A DNA stretch of 64,000 nucleotides, taken from the NCBI GenBank assembly GCA_013239625.1, contig MU054187.1, forward strand, positions 6,707,757-6,771,756, written 5' to 3'. A program made the translations under genes and the position numbers. Under the pieces are notes generated by a model that was given only the letters and a program-made list of their open reading frames with translations, was not told the origin of the DNA and did no database searches. Below, in pieces: positions 36,935 through 50,490 of the stretch; position 1 is the first letter of the stretch, and the number at the start of each line of letters is the position of its first letter. Source of the DNA: Lama guanicoe (taxonomy: Eukaryota).

Positions 36935-37248
36935 AAGTAATAGCTATTTCTAAGTCTGAAGTTTCCTAGTCTAGGGAACTCACAGAATTAATCAATTCTT
37001 CTTACATGTCAAACTTAGTGCCAGAAAGAAACTTAAGCATGGAGAAAAGTCAAAGAATTGGGGAATAACTACTGCTTATATGCCTGGCAGTTCTATGCTA
37101 TATAAAAGGGAATACTAATGTGATTTAGGAGTCTTTAGAAAGTATTAGAGAAATCAAGAAAAGAAAGAAAAAGTGGAGGAATCTCAAGGATTCAGTTTAT
37201 TTGCAAGGTAGTTTTACTTAAACTATATTTGCCTTAAGAATCTAATAG

Positions 37249-37251
<3 letters not shown>

Positions 37252-37286
<35 letters not shown>

Positions 37287-37322
37287 ACGCACGCATGCGC
37301 GCCCGCACGCATGCGCGCCCGC
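37252..37322 (+). repeat. (TG)16 microsatellite followed by a CG/CA alternating tract with a 16-bp tandem duplication
   Basis: (TG) at 37252-37283; cgcacgcatgcgcgcc at 37288-37303 and 37304-37319. Confidence 0.95.
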
Positions 37323-40300
37323 TTCTGTAATTAATATAGTAATTTCTGTGTCTTTCATGAAAACGATTCTCTTCCAGTGGAAACAGGTCCCTTGTCCAAA
37401 GAAAAGTATCTTGAAACCAGTTTCTAGGATTCTCCAATTTCATCAAGTCTAGATACATAAAGCAGATGTTTTTGCCTTACAATAAATAGTTTAATTGCAA
37501 TATGCAACTTGAATCAATTAGTCAACTTCTTGACAGTTAATGGGAAATCATGCATACCCCACATAAAGTTAGTATTGGCTCAGCGCTTTTTATATGGTCA
37601 TCATGCTGACTTGAATCTATTCTGCAGTTTCATAAGCACATGATAAACATTACTGAGCCTGTACCAAAAAAATAAATCCAAAGGGACTTTTCCAAAGAAC
37701 TTGCTAGCATGGAAAACAGGGAGTGTCTCTTTGTATCATTGCAGCAAGATTTTATTAACCTAAAGACCAATTCTATAGTATTTCTTTATTTTAAGAAGTA
37801 TGATATCCATTCATTTTAAAAATTGTTAATGGTTTAACATATGTTGTGGCTCTACGCTAACAGTCCTGAATATTTTCTAATCCTTTGTGGAACCACTACA
37901 ATGCTGACTTCACTCGATGAACTCATTTCTCTGTTGGCAAATTCCTTTGAGTTAGAGACAGAGACACCAATATGCTAGACGTGCACTGAAGCTACTCCTC
38001 CCAGCACCAGAAAGCATATTAGTCTAGCAGAACTTAGTGGAAATCATTTCCAAGAGGCTGTCTCATGTATTATGTGATTTTATTTTCTCTACTTCTTTAT
38101 GACATCTGTATTGCTCTTAGTTTTTCTAGCTCCAACATATAAGAAGAAATGAGGGAGGCAGCTACCGAAAGGTATCCTTAGAGAAGCAATTGTGTAAAAG
38201 CCTAAGCACAGATGTTTTGACCACTTAGGCAAATTCCAAGAGATTTTTAAAATTCTCTTTCTCAAATTTGAGAAAATTGAAATCAGATGTGAAAAGCTTG
38301 ATATAGGGCTCAGGCTTGTGCAAAAATAAAGTCACAAACAATATTTAGGAAACCACAGCCATCCTCACCTATGTATTCATGGTGGCCTGGGCAGTGTCCA
38401 GTGCAGAGCAGGTGTTATATAAACATTGCACCTCAGGCCCTTTGCACTTGCCATGCCTCTGCCCAGAGAATGCTTTTGCCACACAGATCAGAGGGCTACA
38501 AAACTCTTCACCTGTCACCCCCTCGGTTTAGCCCCCAAGCCCTACCTTACCTCCTGTACTCTCAAGCTGAAATGTCCTTGGTGAGCACTCCACACGTGGG
38601 TATTAAATGGTTAGCCTTTAAAACACTGCGAAGCGGCAGGCAGGGCTTGTATTTTACAGTAATGCAAAACAAGAAATGTGAAATTAACATCTTTTTGACA
38701 AAGGGAGAAATCCTTTCAAGTAACAAGCAATCAGAAATGTCCATTATTTTCTTAAAAAGTAGGAAGAAGTTGCCCACTTAGCGTTCTCCCGTCACACTAC
38801 TCTGGGCAGCCAGGAATAGCTAAACTCAGAAATCAAAAAGCAAGCACAGGAAGAGAAGGAACCATTGTATGAATCTGTGCAGTAATCCCGTAAGAAATTC
38901 CGTAGCCTGCAGTAGAGACCTACATATACTGAATACCTACTTAAAATGTGAAATCTGACCAATTATAAACAGAGAAACTGACAACCTTCTACATTTAGAA
39001 TGAGAACCTCAGAATAATACTGTGGCTTCCAAATCAGGCCAGCATGGGACAGAGAAGAGAACCTGTGAATGACAGAAAACTAGGATGTGAAAAAAGAAAA
39101 AAAAAACCTTTGAGCCAAGGTGGCCTGAGGGTCTTTTGTTTGTTTCTATTTTCACATTAGAAGAAGTTGGTTCTAATTCCAGAATCGCGCTCAGTCCTGT
39201 ATACAGTGGTTGGACATATATGCCTGGCCATTGAGAATTTGATGGATTTCACAGAGGCTATTGTGTCCTGCCAGTTCAGGTTTTTCATCTAATCCTTAAA
39301 AAAAAGAAAGTCAAGTCTCAAGTTGAAAGGATCACTTCTAGTATTAAAGATATATATGGACTCATTAGACTCAAATTCAGTGTCTCAGAAGCAGCAGCTC
39401 TTACAAGCAGCAGCTGTCACTGGATTACGCTTACTCGAGTCTTAAGTCGCGCTGTGTGCAGTCTGACCACAACGCAGGCGGTTGTAAAGAAGGGGTGACC
39501 ACCGCCCAGCACTGTGATGTGCCCCCCATTCCTTTACCATCCTTTGCCTCGAAGCATCAAGGAAAGATGTGTGAGAGCCCTCTGCCCCTTCCCCTCCTGC
39601 TATTCTCCAAGGCCTTCCCCCTTCAGAGCTGCCTGCGAGGGTGCCATGGGAGCCCCACTTCACTCCGGTACACGGATGGGGCATAAAGGAGGACGAAGCA
39701 TGCAGAGTGGGGGTGCCGGCTGGTCCCTCCCCCCACCGCCTTTTCTCCCTGGCCCGTCAACAAAGCAGGCCTAGGTATTTTCAGCCTGGGAGATCCTGTG
39801 GACTCAGCGCTAAAACACTTTCCATGGCTGAGGCTCAGCAAGGTGAGAAGTCCTGGAGTTACTGGGCAGAAACTCCACGGTGCAGCAGAAAGCCCTCCTC
39901 CGTCCGGGCCCCACACTTGAGATTCCCAGTAAAAATACAAGGAGTAGGGGCGGGAGGATGGCAGATGCAGCATGACTGGCAAAAAACTGGCCCGCCTCTG
40001 GCTCAGATCCTACAGAATAACAACTCGGCAAATAAATAAGGCAACCTGCCAGAGAGACTAGCCCAGAGTATTGTCTCCTGGGAGGGGGTGGGGGAACCTT
40101 ACGAACAGTCAACAGTGCCAGGGAAGCCTGACACAGCCCATCTCTGGGGCCCACTTCCCTCCCCGGTTCAGGGGTCCTCCTCCAGACGGGGTACCCCGGG
40201 GCGGAGGCACAGGAGTCCTGAGGCCAGCGCTCCCTCCACATCCCCCAGCACCTCCTCCAAGGTGACAAATCTTGGCGTCCAAGGCTTCCCTCTCCCTCCA

Positions 40301-42699
40301 GGGTGATCTGGAAGGAGATCAGGGTGATTTGAAAGAGAGGGGAGCAGTACTTCCTACAACACTTGGGGGAACTCTGTAGGCTGCCTGGTCACCCGGAAGT
40401 GCACTCATTGTATCCTCCTTCTTTTTGAAGCTGGAGCCCCCTTTTCGCAGATCCACACTCTACTATTTCCGGAACTGCGCAGGTCAGAAAAATATTTGGA
40501 CATTTGCTAATAAGGTAGCATGCTTAAAGGGGTTCATTTCTCTGCAGTTTTTGAGATTTTGGCAGTTTGCCAGATAGACATGACAACATTGCCAGGGCTT
40601 TGTCTTCTAGGGTCCTGACCTTTAGCTAGTTTGATGGGAGGACAACATATGACATCTGGAGATCTGAGTGGATGAAGGAGCTAGAAAAACGGGTAAGAAT
40701 GGACGAGGTGCAAAATCCTATTTTTTTTTAAACCGGCTACAACCATTTCCCTATTCTTACGCAAGTTAGGCACCTAATTAATTGCTTGGCCTTAGGTTGT
40801 ATTCTTGATTATATTCTTGCTGATAAGATAACTATGTTTTTAAAAGGTACTTCTCAGATAATTTGGACAAATTTCCACATACAAAAACTAAGGGAAATCG
40901 TATTTCCCATAATTCTGATGTTTCCTATCTTTCCACTTGTCACTTTGGCATTGTGACCTTCTAAAACTTTTATCCTTGGCATTTACATGACTATAATAAG
41001 CTTTTCCAGCAACGTCACTGCTGCTTTTTGCATATGAGTTAAGGTTGTTCAGGTTACAAATGAGATTTTCTCCCAGTTTCTTAATCTTTAAATAATGGCG
41101 TCTGCCTGAACCATTTGCAAGGAAACTGAATATATGTGCTAGTCTGTAATCATGGAACATTACCAGTCCTGCTCAAATTATAATGTGCACCCACCAAATT
41201 TTCACCTTGTGAAATGACTCATTTTCTGTATGCTTTACTGCTGAGATTGTATAATTAAGGTAATTCTAACTCATCCCAATTAAAGGCTGGAAACTTAGGA
41301 TAAACTCGGCAGGCTTGTGCAAGACCCTTTCACATTCTAATCCAGAAACACATGGGTATAACTATTTCCTGATTAAAGTAAAAAATTTATGGCCCCTGAA
41401 GACATGTGGGTGACAGGGAGAAATACCACTTAACCAGGAGTGCTGGAAGTCCAATTCTGCCTCTATCCAGTGCTGTGAAACCCCAAGGAGTTAATTCCCT
41501 TGGCCTCTCCAGCTCTGTTATCTCATGTGTGAATGGGCACTGTCCTCATGAAGCCTGTCCACCTTCGTCATTGGGTGGACAGATGGAGCGTCCTGAGAAA
41601 CAGTCTCACAGCTTAAAGTTTCCTAGTCAATTGTACGGTTTCGTGTACCTAAGGTTACGAACACAAGCCCGGGAAGATGAGATCCCTTCTCCCTCTTGCA
41701 GGCTGTGATGCTAAGTCTTGTAGCTGCTTAGTGGGACTGGTTTTTTACATTTTCTTAGTCTGTCCACAGGGTTGGGGGCTGAGGACGAGAAATGGCAAAT
41801 GGGTTACATCATTATGTCCTATCCACGGCAACTTTGAATACTATCAACCAGTCTGTGAAGATAATGCTTAAGACATCTACATAAGACTGTGGCCGACAGT
41901 GGAATGGTCCTATCACTCGTTCAGTGGATTTACTTCGTCTGACTACCTTTTGCACTTGATGGAAATTTTCTGAAGCCTGCAATCAAACACTTAATGAGAA
42001 AGTCCCTTAGAAACTAGAGAGTGCTTTACAAATGTCAGCAATTGTCTCCTTCTTATTTTTTATGACAGATTTACTATAAAGAGTATAAAATTTTCCCTGG
42101 TAATGCCCCTACACGCCTGGTTTTGGCCAAGCTCATTAACCTGCCGAATCTAGGAGAGAAGAGTCTGCTCCAGCTAAAAGCTACTGGGCGCTTTTGAAGA
42201 AATATGAAACTGTTAACGATTTCATTTCTTTGCTTTTTTCTTTCTGTCAACTTCCTTTCCTTCCTTAAACATTTGTTGACCACTTGAAATGCCAGATACT
42301 ACCTTGTGAGCTACAGTACAAGGCAGGTGTCATTTAATTTTGTAGTGCCTGAGTTAGTTTGCATGCTGGATGTCAGAGAGGTTTAACGTCACCAGTTTCA
42401 TCTACTTCAACCCGTGCATTCACTGTGTAGCCCATGCTACAGAGTCGGCAGGCTGCCTCCTTCCTGCCGGCTACCGTACCAAACGCGTGTGGATCTCATC
42501 TTCGAGGAACTCAGGCGGGTTTGTAGGGAGATGGTGCACAAACACAATCACAACACAGTGTGCTGTCTTCTCCCTCTGCCCGTGAAGGAGGGTGGATGAG
42601 GAGGCAGGCGGAGCAGGAGGAGTCAGCTGCCCGGGGTCCACACACACCGCAGGGAAGTCAGGCCTCCAGGGCTGCTGCTGTCTTCGGGTCATTGTTCAA

Positions 42700-42795
42700 C
42701 TTCTTCATTTTACAAATGAGAACATGGAGAATCAAAGAGTGAGGGGACTTGCAAAGGTTGTATAAGCAGTTAACGCAAGACTAGAACTCAAGGTG
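42700..42795 (-). mobile_element. MIR SINE fragment
   Basis: cttcattttacaaatgagaacatggag..tcaaagagtgaggggacttgcaaaggt. Confidence 0.65.
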
Positions 42796-44144
42796 CCGTC
42801 CAGCAAAGGGCAATGCTGCCTCCAAAGCAGGGAAACTGGTTCTTGGGGCAAGACATTTCTAAATATTACAATGATCACCTCCAAAGGGCCATAGCACATG
42901 AACAGATATGTAGTATGTCTGTGGTATTAAGTTTTCCTGGGGTGCAGGGATGATTACAGGAAAAGAAATATCTAAATAGGGTTCTCACAGGACAAGGGAC
43001 AATAGGTTTTTGGTTTTTTTAAAGCTGACTTGACTGTGATGGTTTCATAGTTTTAAGTCCAAACTCATCAAATTGTATACATTAAACAAGTGCAGTTTTT
43101 TTTAATATCATCTATACATCAATAAAGCTTTTAAAAATATTGAGAAACACTGCCTTACAGCCAGGCCACTGTTCTTTCTGCTACATTATTTCATAAATTC
43201 AGAAATAAACATCCTTCTAAATTGACAGCTTATCTTTACTCCATGATCCTAAATATTATCTTATTTTCTAGCTTTCTTTCTACCGTATTATTTTCTACTT
43301 TTTCTCTTTTTCCTTTAATTCTTCCTTCCCTCCACCCAACCTCTGCAGTCTGTGAAGGTGGATTCATTGGTAGTGGACTCCGTATGGTCAGGCACTGTGC
43401 ACTCTGATCTAGCTTAACTGATACTGTGCAAGTTGTCTAAATTAAAAGATGTAGGAAACAATCCCTTAACTTTAACTTGATTCTCTAAAACATTCATAAA
43501 GGCATCCTAATTTACTGGGGGAAAAATGTTAGGGTTATATATGCAATAGCAGTCATTGATAAGCAGTGAACATTCACCTGTGATTGTTACCTGAATTTTA
43601 CAAAATGAAGGAATTGAGGTGCCAGTTACTCAGTCACACATGTCTTAGTGAGGACAACGTTCGTGGTAAGTGGCGGATTCAGGATCTGTGCCCTGGCAGT
43701 CTGGCTCTGGAGCACAGGTTTGCCCATGCTTGCCCAGGCTGTCTGGCTGGTTTCACAGTTGAGTTCTTGTTTCCTTGGTAATGTTAATTTAGGCAGATTA
43801 TGACCCACTTCCTGAGGTCATCTGTGTTTGTATTTCCAGGAACTTAGAAGGTTTAAGGAGCTGCGGTAGTGATGGGATGGGGTGGGGAGGGGTGGTAATG
43901 AACACAACACAAAGGCGGAACTAAGAATTCTAAAGAGTAAAGACAAAACCATGCTGGGAAGTTGATATATGTGCTTTGGAGGTCACAGGTCAAGAGCAGT
44001 TACAGAAGAGAAATTTTCTAGCCTGGCTAATGTTGAACTAGCTACTTGCAAGTAACCTTGCAAGGAGGCAGCCATGTGCTCTATGTTCTGGTGAGAAGAA
44101 ATGCTGGACCACTCAAGACCCCCATCCAAGGTCCTACTCTGGCA

Positions 44145-44584
44145 TGTCAGTTAGGATCCTATGAGAGACGGATGCTAAGATGAACCAGACATGCAAGAGG
44201 TATGTGGAAGGAAACACCTATGAAGGATGCAGGGTAGGGAACAGGAGGAGACAGGGAGCTCCTTCAGCCTGTGATGCAGTCTGACTGTGTGCATGGAGAG
44301 AGGCAAGGAAAGAGGATTGGGTAGAAATAGTTGTACGTCATGCAAAACCGCTCTGAGAAAAATCTCAGCCAGGACAATGGGAAATCCTAGCAGAGTTTAA
44401 ATTTTAGAGGCCAAATGGCCAGCTCTAATACTCCTGCCATGCTCGCTCTTGGGTTGGTGGGAATGGCCTCCATGTAAATGCCACAGGAAATCCAAAGGTG
44501 TGGCAGCAGGGCTGTTGGCTGACTGAGCTCACGGCAGGATCTCCTGAGGGATAGTCTGAGGCGTGCATCTCTGTGACCACCACA
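44145..44584. mobile_element. Ancient ERVL-class solo LTR (LTR16-like)
   Basis: tgtcagttaggatcc...ccttcagcctgtgatgcagtctgac...ggaaagaggattgggtag...gctctgagaaaaatctcagcc...tgaccaccaca; TG/CA ends. Confidence 0.6.
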
Positions 44585-44614
44585 GGTCTTTACTCTGGGG
44601 CATTTTCAAACACC

Positions 44615-44740
44615 TGTTAAGGTAGGTGTCATTATCCCCACTGAAAGATGGAGAAACATGCTCAGAGAGGCTAAGAAACTTTCCAGAAGTCACACAGCTT
44701 GTAAACAGCAGAGATAGGACTTAAACCAAGGTCTTCCTGT
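44615..44740 (-). mobile_element. MIR SINE
   Basis: aggtaggtgtcattatcccca..aagatggagaaacatgctcagagaggctaagaaact...agtcacacagcttgtaa. Confidence 0.8.
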
Positions 44741-44960
44741 TTCTGTTCAGACATGTCCTCTTTGGGATATCTTAAATTCTATTGAGGTTTTAACACATTC
44801 TTAAAAGTGGTCAGGGGAAGGCTTGTATTACCATAGGGCATAAGAGGAGAGGTCTCAGACCATATGCATGAATTCATGGACAGCATATAGGGTATAAAAC
44901 AAATTGACAGAAACTGGACGTGATCAACTTAGACATTCTTGGATTTAAAATCTGTGGTTT

Positions 44961-45091
44961 GGAGGGAGGGTATAAATCAATGGTAAAATGCATGCGGTCC
45001 TGGATTCAATCTCCAATACCTCCATTAAAAATCATTAAAAATAAATAAAATAGATAAATAAACCTACTTACCCCTCCAATTTAAAAAAAAA
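44961..45091 (+). mobile_element. tRNA-derived camelid-type SINE (vic-1-like, diverged)
   Basis: ggagggagggtataaatcaatggtaaaatgcatgc-ggtcctggattcaatctccaatacctccattaaaaa...aaacctacttacccc plus A-tail. Confidence 0.8.
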
Positions 45092-45859
45092 CTTATTTTT
45101 TAAGAGAATCAAAGTATTGATGTGCATCCTCAAAAACTGGATTGTTCTTTACGATTTAGAAACCAAGAACAAACAATTGTTGGTGTTTATACTGTAATCT
45201 TTACAGTAATTAAATTACAAAAACAGGTCATGGTTTTAACCATTTGTGAGGCTGCTGGGTTCATAACTTGAAAGAATTAAAATTTTACTGGCTTATACAG
45301 TTGAGTATTTTAGGTCTAGGCAGGCTGATTTTCCTGGATGCTGCTGAGAGATGCTCCGAGCTCACTAAGCCCTCTCGTCGTGACTCGGCTTTCTTAGGCT
45401 GAGTCATTGTCCTTTATTTAGAAACACTTGTGGGGTTTGAAGTTTTGAAGAGCAGCCAAAAAAGAAACTACTGCTGATGCTGATGATGGAAGTGAAACAT
45501 CTAAAAGAAAATCCTTAGCTAAGATTTAAATGTTCTGGATAAACTAGAGTGAGATGTCAAATTTCTGTGTGGAAGAGTCAGACCCTGGATGGGTGTACCA
45601 CGGAGCAGTCAGAGAGGGACGTCTGTGACACAGTTTCAAGAGAGTTCTCTGGCCGTGGCCATAATTGTTCCCAAACGAGAAAGAGCTTTGAGGGACGAAA
45701 AGGAAGAGGCCACTATACTGTATTTTCTGGGGGAAATTATAGGTTATGTTAGTGTTTATGAATTTGAGGGATTCCTAAAGGTCCTATGTTTATCTCAAAA
45801 AGTGTTAAGGTCAAACACGTACTATATCAGGGTCTCCAGATTTGTCTCTGGAGACCTGC

Positions 45860-46290
45860 TCCTCCCTCAGTGTCCCCTGTTTCAGAAGGCAGCACCATAG
45901 TTCACCCAACTGTCCAGGGTCTAAAATGCGGCGTCTACCCTGATGCCCCCTGTTCCGCTCCTGTCACTCATTTAGTGCATCAGCAAATTCTTCTGGCTTA
46001 AAATTGGAAATATGTTCAGTATCACAGTTCTTCTCACCACCTCCACCACAACTAGTCCTTCCTGAACTGCCACCGTCTCCTGGAAGAGCCCCCGACGTGG
46101 TTGCCCAGTTCCTGCCTGTGCCCTCTGTGCACTGCCCTCCTCGAGCATCCAGGGTGACTGCTGCAAAGCGTAGGCAGACCTAGGCCAACAGCAAAAAGCC
46201 TTCAGTAGCCTTCTACCTGGTTTAGCACAGATTAATATCCTGTTCATGACCTCTAAAACCACAGGCCCTGGCTTCCCCACTGATCTTCTC
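45860..46290 (+). mobile_element. L2 LINE fragment
   Basis: ggcagcaccatagttcacccaac...catcagcaaattc...cttctcaccacctccaccac...gccaccgtctcctgga. Confidence 0.6.
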
Positions 46291-46784
46291 TCAGTTGACT
46301 TCATTTAATTTTCTCCATTTTCTTTTACAGTTAGGGGTTTTATGATTCTCTAAGAGAGTCAGATTATACTTTAAAAAAATCTCCTCATTCCTATCACCAA
46401 AATGTCAATGCAGTTATGTAGCAGGGATGTGCAGAAATTTGGGCTGAGTGATACAATCTACTTGTTTTGAATGTGAGAGTTCCTTGTACAGAGACTATCT
46501 TTAATTTTTAAACCATATTCAGTTTAGCGCTTTGGGTCTAGTAACGGTTCAGTTAATGTCAGGTGATTGCTAATACTAAAAACATACTCTGTCTTTCTAG
46601 GCTACCCCTTTCTTCATCTTTTGTCTAAAGAGAGCACACTTGATGTATCCTTATGTTGATTAAAAGGAATTATAGATATGGTTAAAAAAATCAGTAGCTA
46701 CAGATTAACAATACATTGATTTCCTCTTCTCAGATAGTGCCAGCTAGAAGACTTCTCTTTCCAGAATGATGGAATAGATGCGAT

Positions 46785-47990
46785 TTTCCTTAGTATTTAC
46801 CTAAATGAGTTGAAAACATGCATACACAAGAAACTGCACATGAGTGTTTACAGAAGCTTTGTTTATAATTACCAAAACTGGGAAGCAGTCAAGATGTCCT
46901 TCAGTGTGTGAATGAATAAACAAACCATGACATAACCATACAATGGAACAGGATTCAATGTTAAAAAAAAAAAAAAAGAGCCTCCAAAGTCACAAAAAGT
47001 CATGGAGGAATGTTAAATGTAAATTGCCAAGTAGAGGAAGCCAATCTAAAAAGGCTGCACACTTTATGACTCTGGCTACATGACATTCTGGAAAAGGCAA
47101 AACTAGACAGACAGTAAAATGATCGGAGGTTGTTGAGGATTTGTGGGGGGAGGGGAAGGGAAGGATGAGGAGGCGGGAGCACAGGACATTTTTCAGGTAG
47201 TGAAACTAATGTACGTGACACTGAAATGGCAGGCACACGACATTATGCATTTGTCTAAACCATAGAATGTACAACACAAAAGTGAACCCTAATGTAAATG
47301 GTGAACTTTTGTTAATAATACTTTAACAGTATTGGGTTATCAGTTGTTAACAAATGTTCCTCACTAGTGCAAGACCTTAAATAATAGGGAAGTTTTCAGG
47401 AGAGGGAGAGAGAAGGAAAAAGGTATATGGGGACCCTCTACTCACTGCAAAATTTTTCCATCCACCTAAAACTTCTAACAAATAGTCTATTAATTTTTCT
47501 TTTTTTTGAAAAGCACTGACACAATTATATACAGTCTACAATAAATTCAGTTCAACTGCAACAATATAGGCAGGCTAAAAGTAAAAGAATGGAAAAAGAT
47601 ATATCATGTAAACATTAGTCAGAAGAAGTCAGATAAAGCGGACTTGAGAGCAAAGAGAATTGTCAGGTACAGAGAGGACCATAAGGATAGAAAAGTCAAC
47701 CCACCAGGAAGACATGGCAATCACACTCCTGGGTATTCATCCCAGAGCAATGAAAATGGTGGGATATTTCTGTATCTCAGTTGCAGTGATGGTGCCTGAA
47801 TCTACACATGTGATAAAAACAGCATAGAACTGCACATATTGTACCAATGCCAGTTTCCTGGTTTTGATATTGGTCTGTAATTATATAAGATGCAACCGTT
47901 GGGGGAAATCAAATGAAAGGTACATGGGGTGTCTCTATATTATCTTCGCAATTTCCTGTAAGCCTACAATTATTTCAAAAGCAAAACTTG
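46785..47990 (+). mobile_element. L1MC/MD-like 3' region plus adjacent L1 fragments
   Basis: cttagtatttacctaaatgagttgaaaac...caagatgtccttcagtg...catagaatgtacaacacaaaagtgaaccctaatgtaaa. Confidence 0.8.
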
Positions 47991-50329
47991 GGGGAACAAA
48001 GACGATGCTGGTTAAGAAAGTGATTTATTTTTTTAAAGTACGGTTTATGTCATCTGAGTCAGTTTCACCTGTAGTCCAGTCCTGCCAGCTGCTGCTTTGT
48101 AATCCCGGGTGAGCTTCCTTAAAGCCGCCCTCTGTGAGCTCTGCCAGCTGTCACTCCAGGGTTTCTAGTGAACTCCGATGGGACTTGTGCAAGCTGTGGC
48201 CCTCTGCTCACCATTCAACATTTTAAAGCAGCTCTTGGCAAGTTCTTGCTGGTGCAACTTTTCCATCCAATGCGTTTCTTTCCTTTTGCCCTTTTGAAGT
48301 CCCTAAGAGATGTGATTTACCCTTTACTTGTTTTTCCAAGGACCTTAGGCATCGATTTCCTTCCTTTCTACTTGGTTAATTTAGTTAAATTTTGCAAAGG
48401 AGAGACCAAAAGGCAGACACTGAGGACAGGTGTATCAGGGAATTGAACAACCAGGTATTATTCAGGTTGCGGAGACTAAAGGTGGCAGGAATGTTAGCAG
48501 CCCAGAGAATGTCTCACTTTGATTTAACTGAGTTGATTATGTGGCATCCTGGTGGCCTGTAGGAATCACCTCGGGAGCTTCAAACAAGTACAACCGTCAC
48601 ATCCTACCACTGGCCAGCTACATCCGAATTTCTGATTTAATCTATACCAAAGATACACGGACACCTGTGTGTATGTGTGGGTATCAGATCTCACACACTT
48701 CAGTGGTACAGATTCGATGTTGGTAAGGGCTTCGGAGGAAAATAAACATGAAAGGGGAACAGAAAATATAGGCGTGTGTCTGCTGGAGAGGTTGCAGGTT
48801 AGACTGGGGTAGCCACAGAAACTCTTTGCTTGCCTTCTTGTTCTCCTTCACGAAGTTCTTTCGATACAATACCCAGCCCTTAAAAGAGGAAGCCTTGTAA
48901 TATATCAATGTCAGCTTGCATTTACTGAGTCAACATATTCAACATAAGGAACTCGTCTCAAGGGTAAATATTTATAAATCCAAATAATCAGGCCCGATTG
49001 CTATCTCACAGTTTAAAATGAGCCAGAAAGAAAGTGACTCATTGGAATTACTGTTTGCATTAGGTTCTTAGTGCGAATACGGGGCAATCTGTTCCATAGT
49101 TCAGAATACTGCTTCCTTTCCAGGCTAACACATCTTGAAAGAGCAAAATTCATCTAGGGTAAACTATTTTCTTTTAAATATAAAATGCATCACCTTCCAT
49201 GATTATGGAAATATTTGACTGTTGTACAAAATAAAACAGAAAAAAAATTAACCATGACCTCACTTGTTAACGTTTTAGTTTAGGTTCATCTAGTTCTTTT
49301 TATCTGTATATATGTGTAAGTTTTTCCTTTTTTATTTCTTTCCCCTCCCTTTTTCTGTTTTCAAGAGAATGCTGGGCAAACTATAGTTATAAATATACGT
49401 TATATCTAGTATATATTTATTTATACTACTTGTAGTATAACTATATACCATAAGTATAAATGATTAAGTAACTCTTAATTGAGATATTTGGGGAAATGGG
49501 TATTCTACAAAACGGAATGTTCTGATACTTCTTCTCCTAGTTTGCCTCCGCCACGCACACCCTTGGCAGTACCCAGACCTGGTCTTCATCCAGCTCTGTG
49601 CATGTCTGAAGATTCAAGTTCCAACATCTTCTCTCTGATTACAGCACTGCAATCTTCTGCTCTCATTGCTCAGCTCCTTTTCAGGTATTGCTGCTTCCTT
49701 TTCAGTCTCATTGATCCTTCCTGTCTCTCGAACGTTCTGTTTTCTTCCCATCAGCCCTCCTGTCTCTTCAATTCCTTCTCTATCGTGCCCAGATTTTGCA
49801 GTCCACATCTATCACTCCCTTTGTCTGCACTTTTCCCATCACGTCCCTTGGCCTCTCAGTCACGAACCAGTGTGACTCTACACGTCCACTTGGCCAGGCT
49901 TCTGAGCAAACCTGGAGTCTTAACATTGCCAGAGAAAGTCACGTAAGAACTCCACCACAGCCTCCAGTGGGTCCTCAACAGCGTTAGCACTTCTGCTTCA
50001 GGCTCCTGCTGTGGCAGCCTCTCCAACTCTTCCCTTCTGTCCTTAGTACCCTCTCCAAATACTCCCCAGGTCCCTCAGCAGAGGGCTTGTCTTCCTACTT
50101 CACAAAGAATCGCAGCCTGACACCCAGGACGGGCGCCCTGCCCTACCCCAGGCGAGCCCCTGCCGACTCCTGAACCCAGCCTTTCCTCCCTTTCTCCTTC
50201 CCCAACAGAAGAAAGATCAGGTCCTCTGCCCCGGCCCGAGCCCCTTTCCCTCCAGTGGTCATCTTTTTTTCTCTCTTACGTGTTCTCTCTTCCCTTCTCT
50301 CCTGGGTCCTTCCTTTGGACCAGAGGCTT

Positions 50330-50490
50330 CAAATCTGGCCATACTTAGGGCACTTGCCAAACAGCATAATGCCTGGCCCTCAGTCCAGGCTAATTAAATC
50401 AGAATATCCGTGGGCAGGGTCTTACCACAGCTATGTATTGAAGCTTCCCAGGTGGCATTACTTGGTGGCCATGGTTGAGGTCTGTTGCCT
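50330..50490. mobile_element. MER5-like hAT MITE (degenerate)
   Basis: atgcctggccctcagtccag..aattaaatcagaatatc...aagcttcccaggtg...ggttgag. Confidence 0.55.

Noticed and set aside
45400..49041. Several AP-1 heptamers (tgagtca/tgactca)
   Set aside because: A 7-mer occurs several times per 64 kb by chance, and there is no other sequence support for an enhancer.
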